A stretch of 64,000 nucleotides of DNA, taken from positions 30,449,112 through 30,513,111 of the forward strand of contig OZ316891.1 of NCBI GenBank assembly GCA_973895155.1, in the 5' to 3' direction. The position numbers and the translations under genes were made by a program. The DNA is from Marsupella aquatica. Its lineage: Eukaryota > Plantae > Marchantiophyta. Of this stretch, positions 63,929 through 64,000 are shown piece by piece. The notes beneath the pieces are model-generated. The model was not told the origin of the DNA. It ran no database searches and worked only from the letters and a program-made list of their open reading frames with translations. The stretch's first letter is position 1. The number at the start of each line of letters is the position of its first letter.

Positions 63929-64000
63929 CTACACAGGGCAAACCAGTAAAGTTATGTTCTTCTAAATCTTCTGCAGTGGAGGGGAAAGCCGTGTGGTGTT

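Overview
Eukaryotic, intron-rich land-plant genomic DNA; a non-seed plant such as a liverwort is my inference, not demonstrated. The main feature is a complete ~22.9 kb DNA transposon (6427-29342). It has ~490-bp terminal inverted repeats and a perfect 10-bp target-site duplication (TAACATTTAA). It encodes a Sola1/DUF7869-type DDD transposase on the minus strand. Its cargo comprises an RNase H1/viroplasmin hybrid-binding-domain gene, a small Zn-ribbon gene, three F-box-like genes, a ParB/Srx-like protein with a possible degenerate methyltransferase domain, a Ulp1 SUMO-protease domain and three FCP1/NIF HAD-phosphatase domains. A 16-bp palindrome, ACGCG-N6-CGCGT, is arrayed ~20 times in an internal 189-bp tandem repeat and recurs singly in most introns and spacers of the element. 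This suggests an element-encoded binding-protein/target-site system (ParB/parS-like, or VANDAL/VANC-like anti-silencing). This copy carries premature stops and frameshifts. The rest of the window holds a BAHD acyltransferase with one in-frame stop, a 2.9-kb TIR element with a truncated possibly TET/JBP-like ORF, two related Helitrons, MITEs, a small secreted Cys-rich protein, anthranilate synthase alpha and a NUDX9-like Nudix hydrolase. All calls were made by eye, without database searches.
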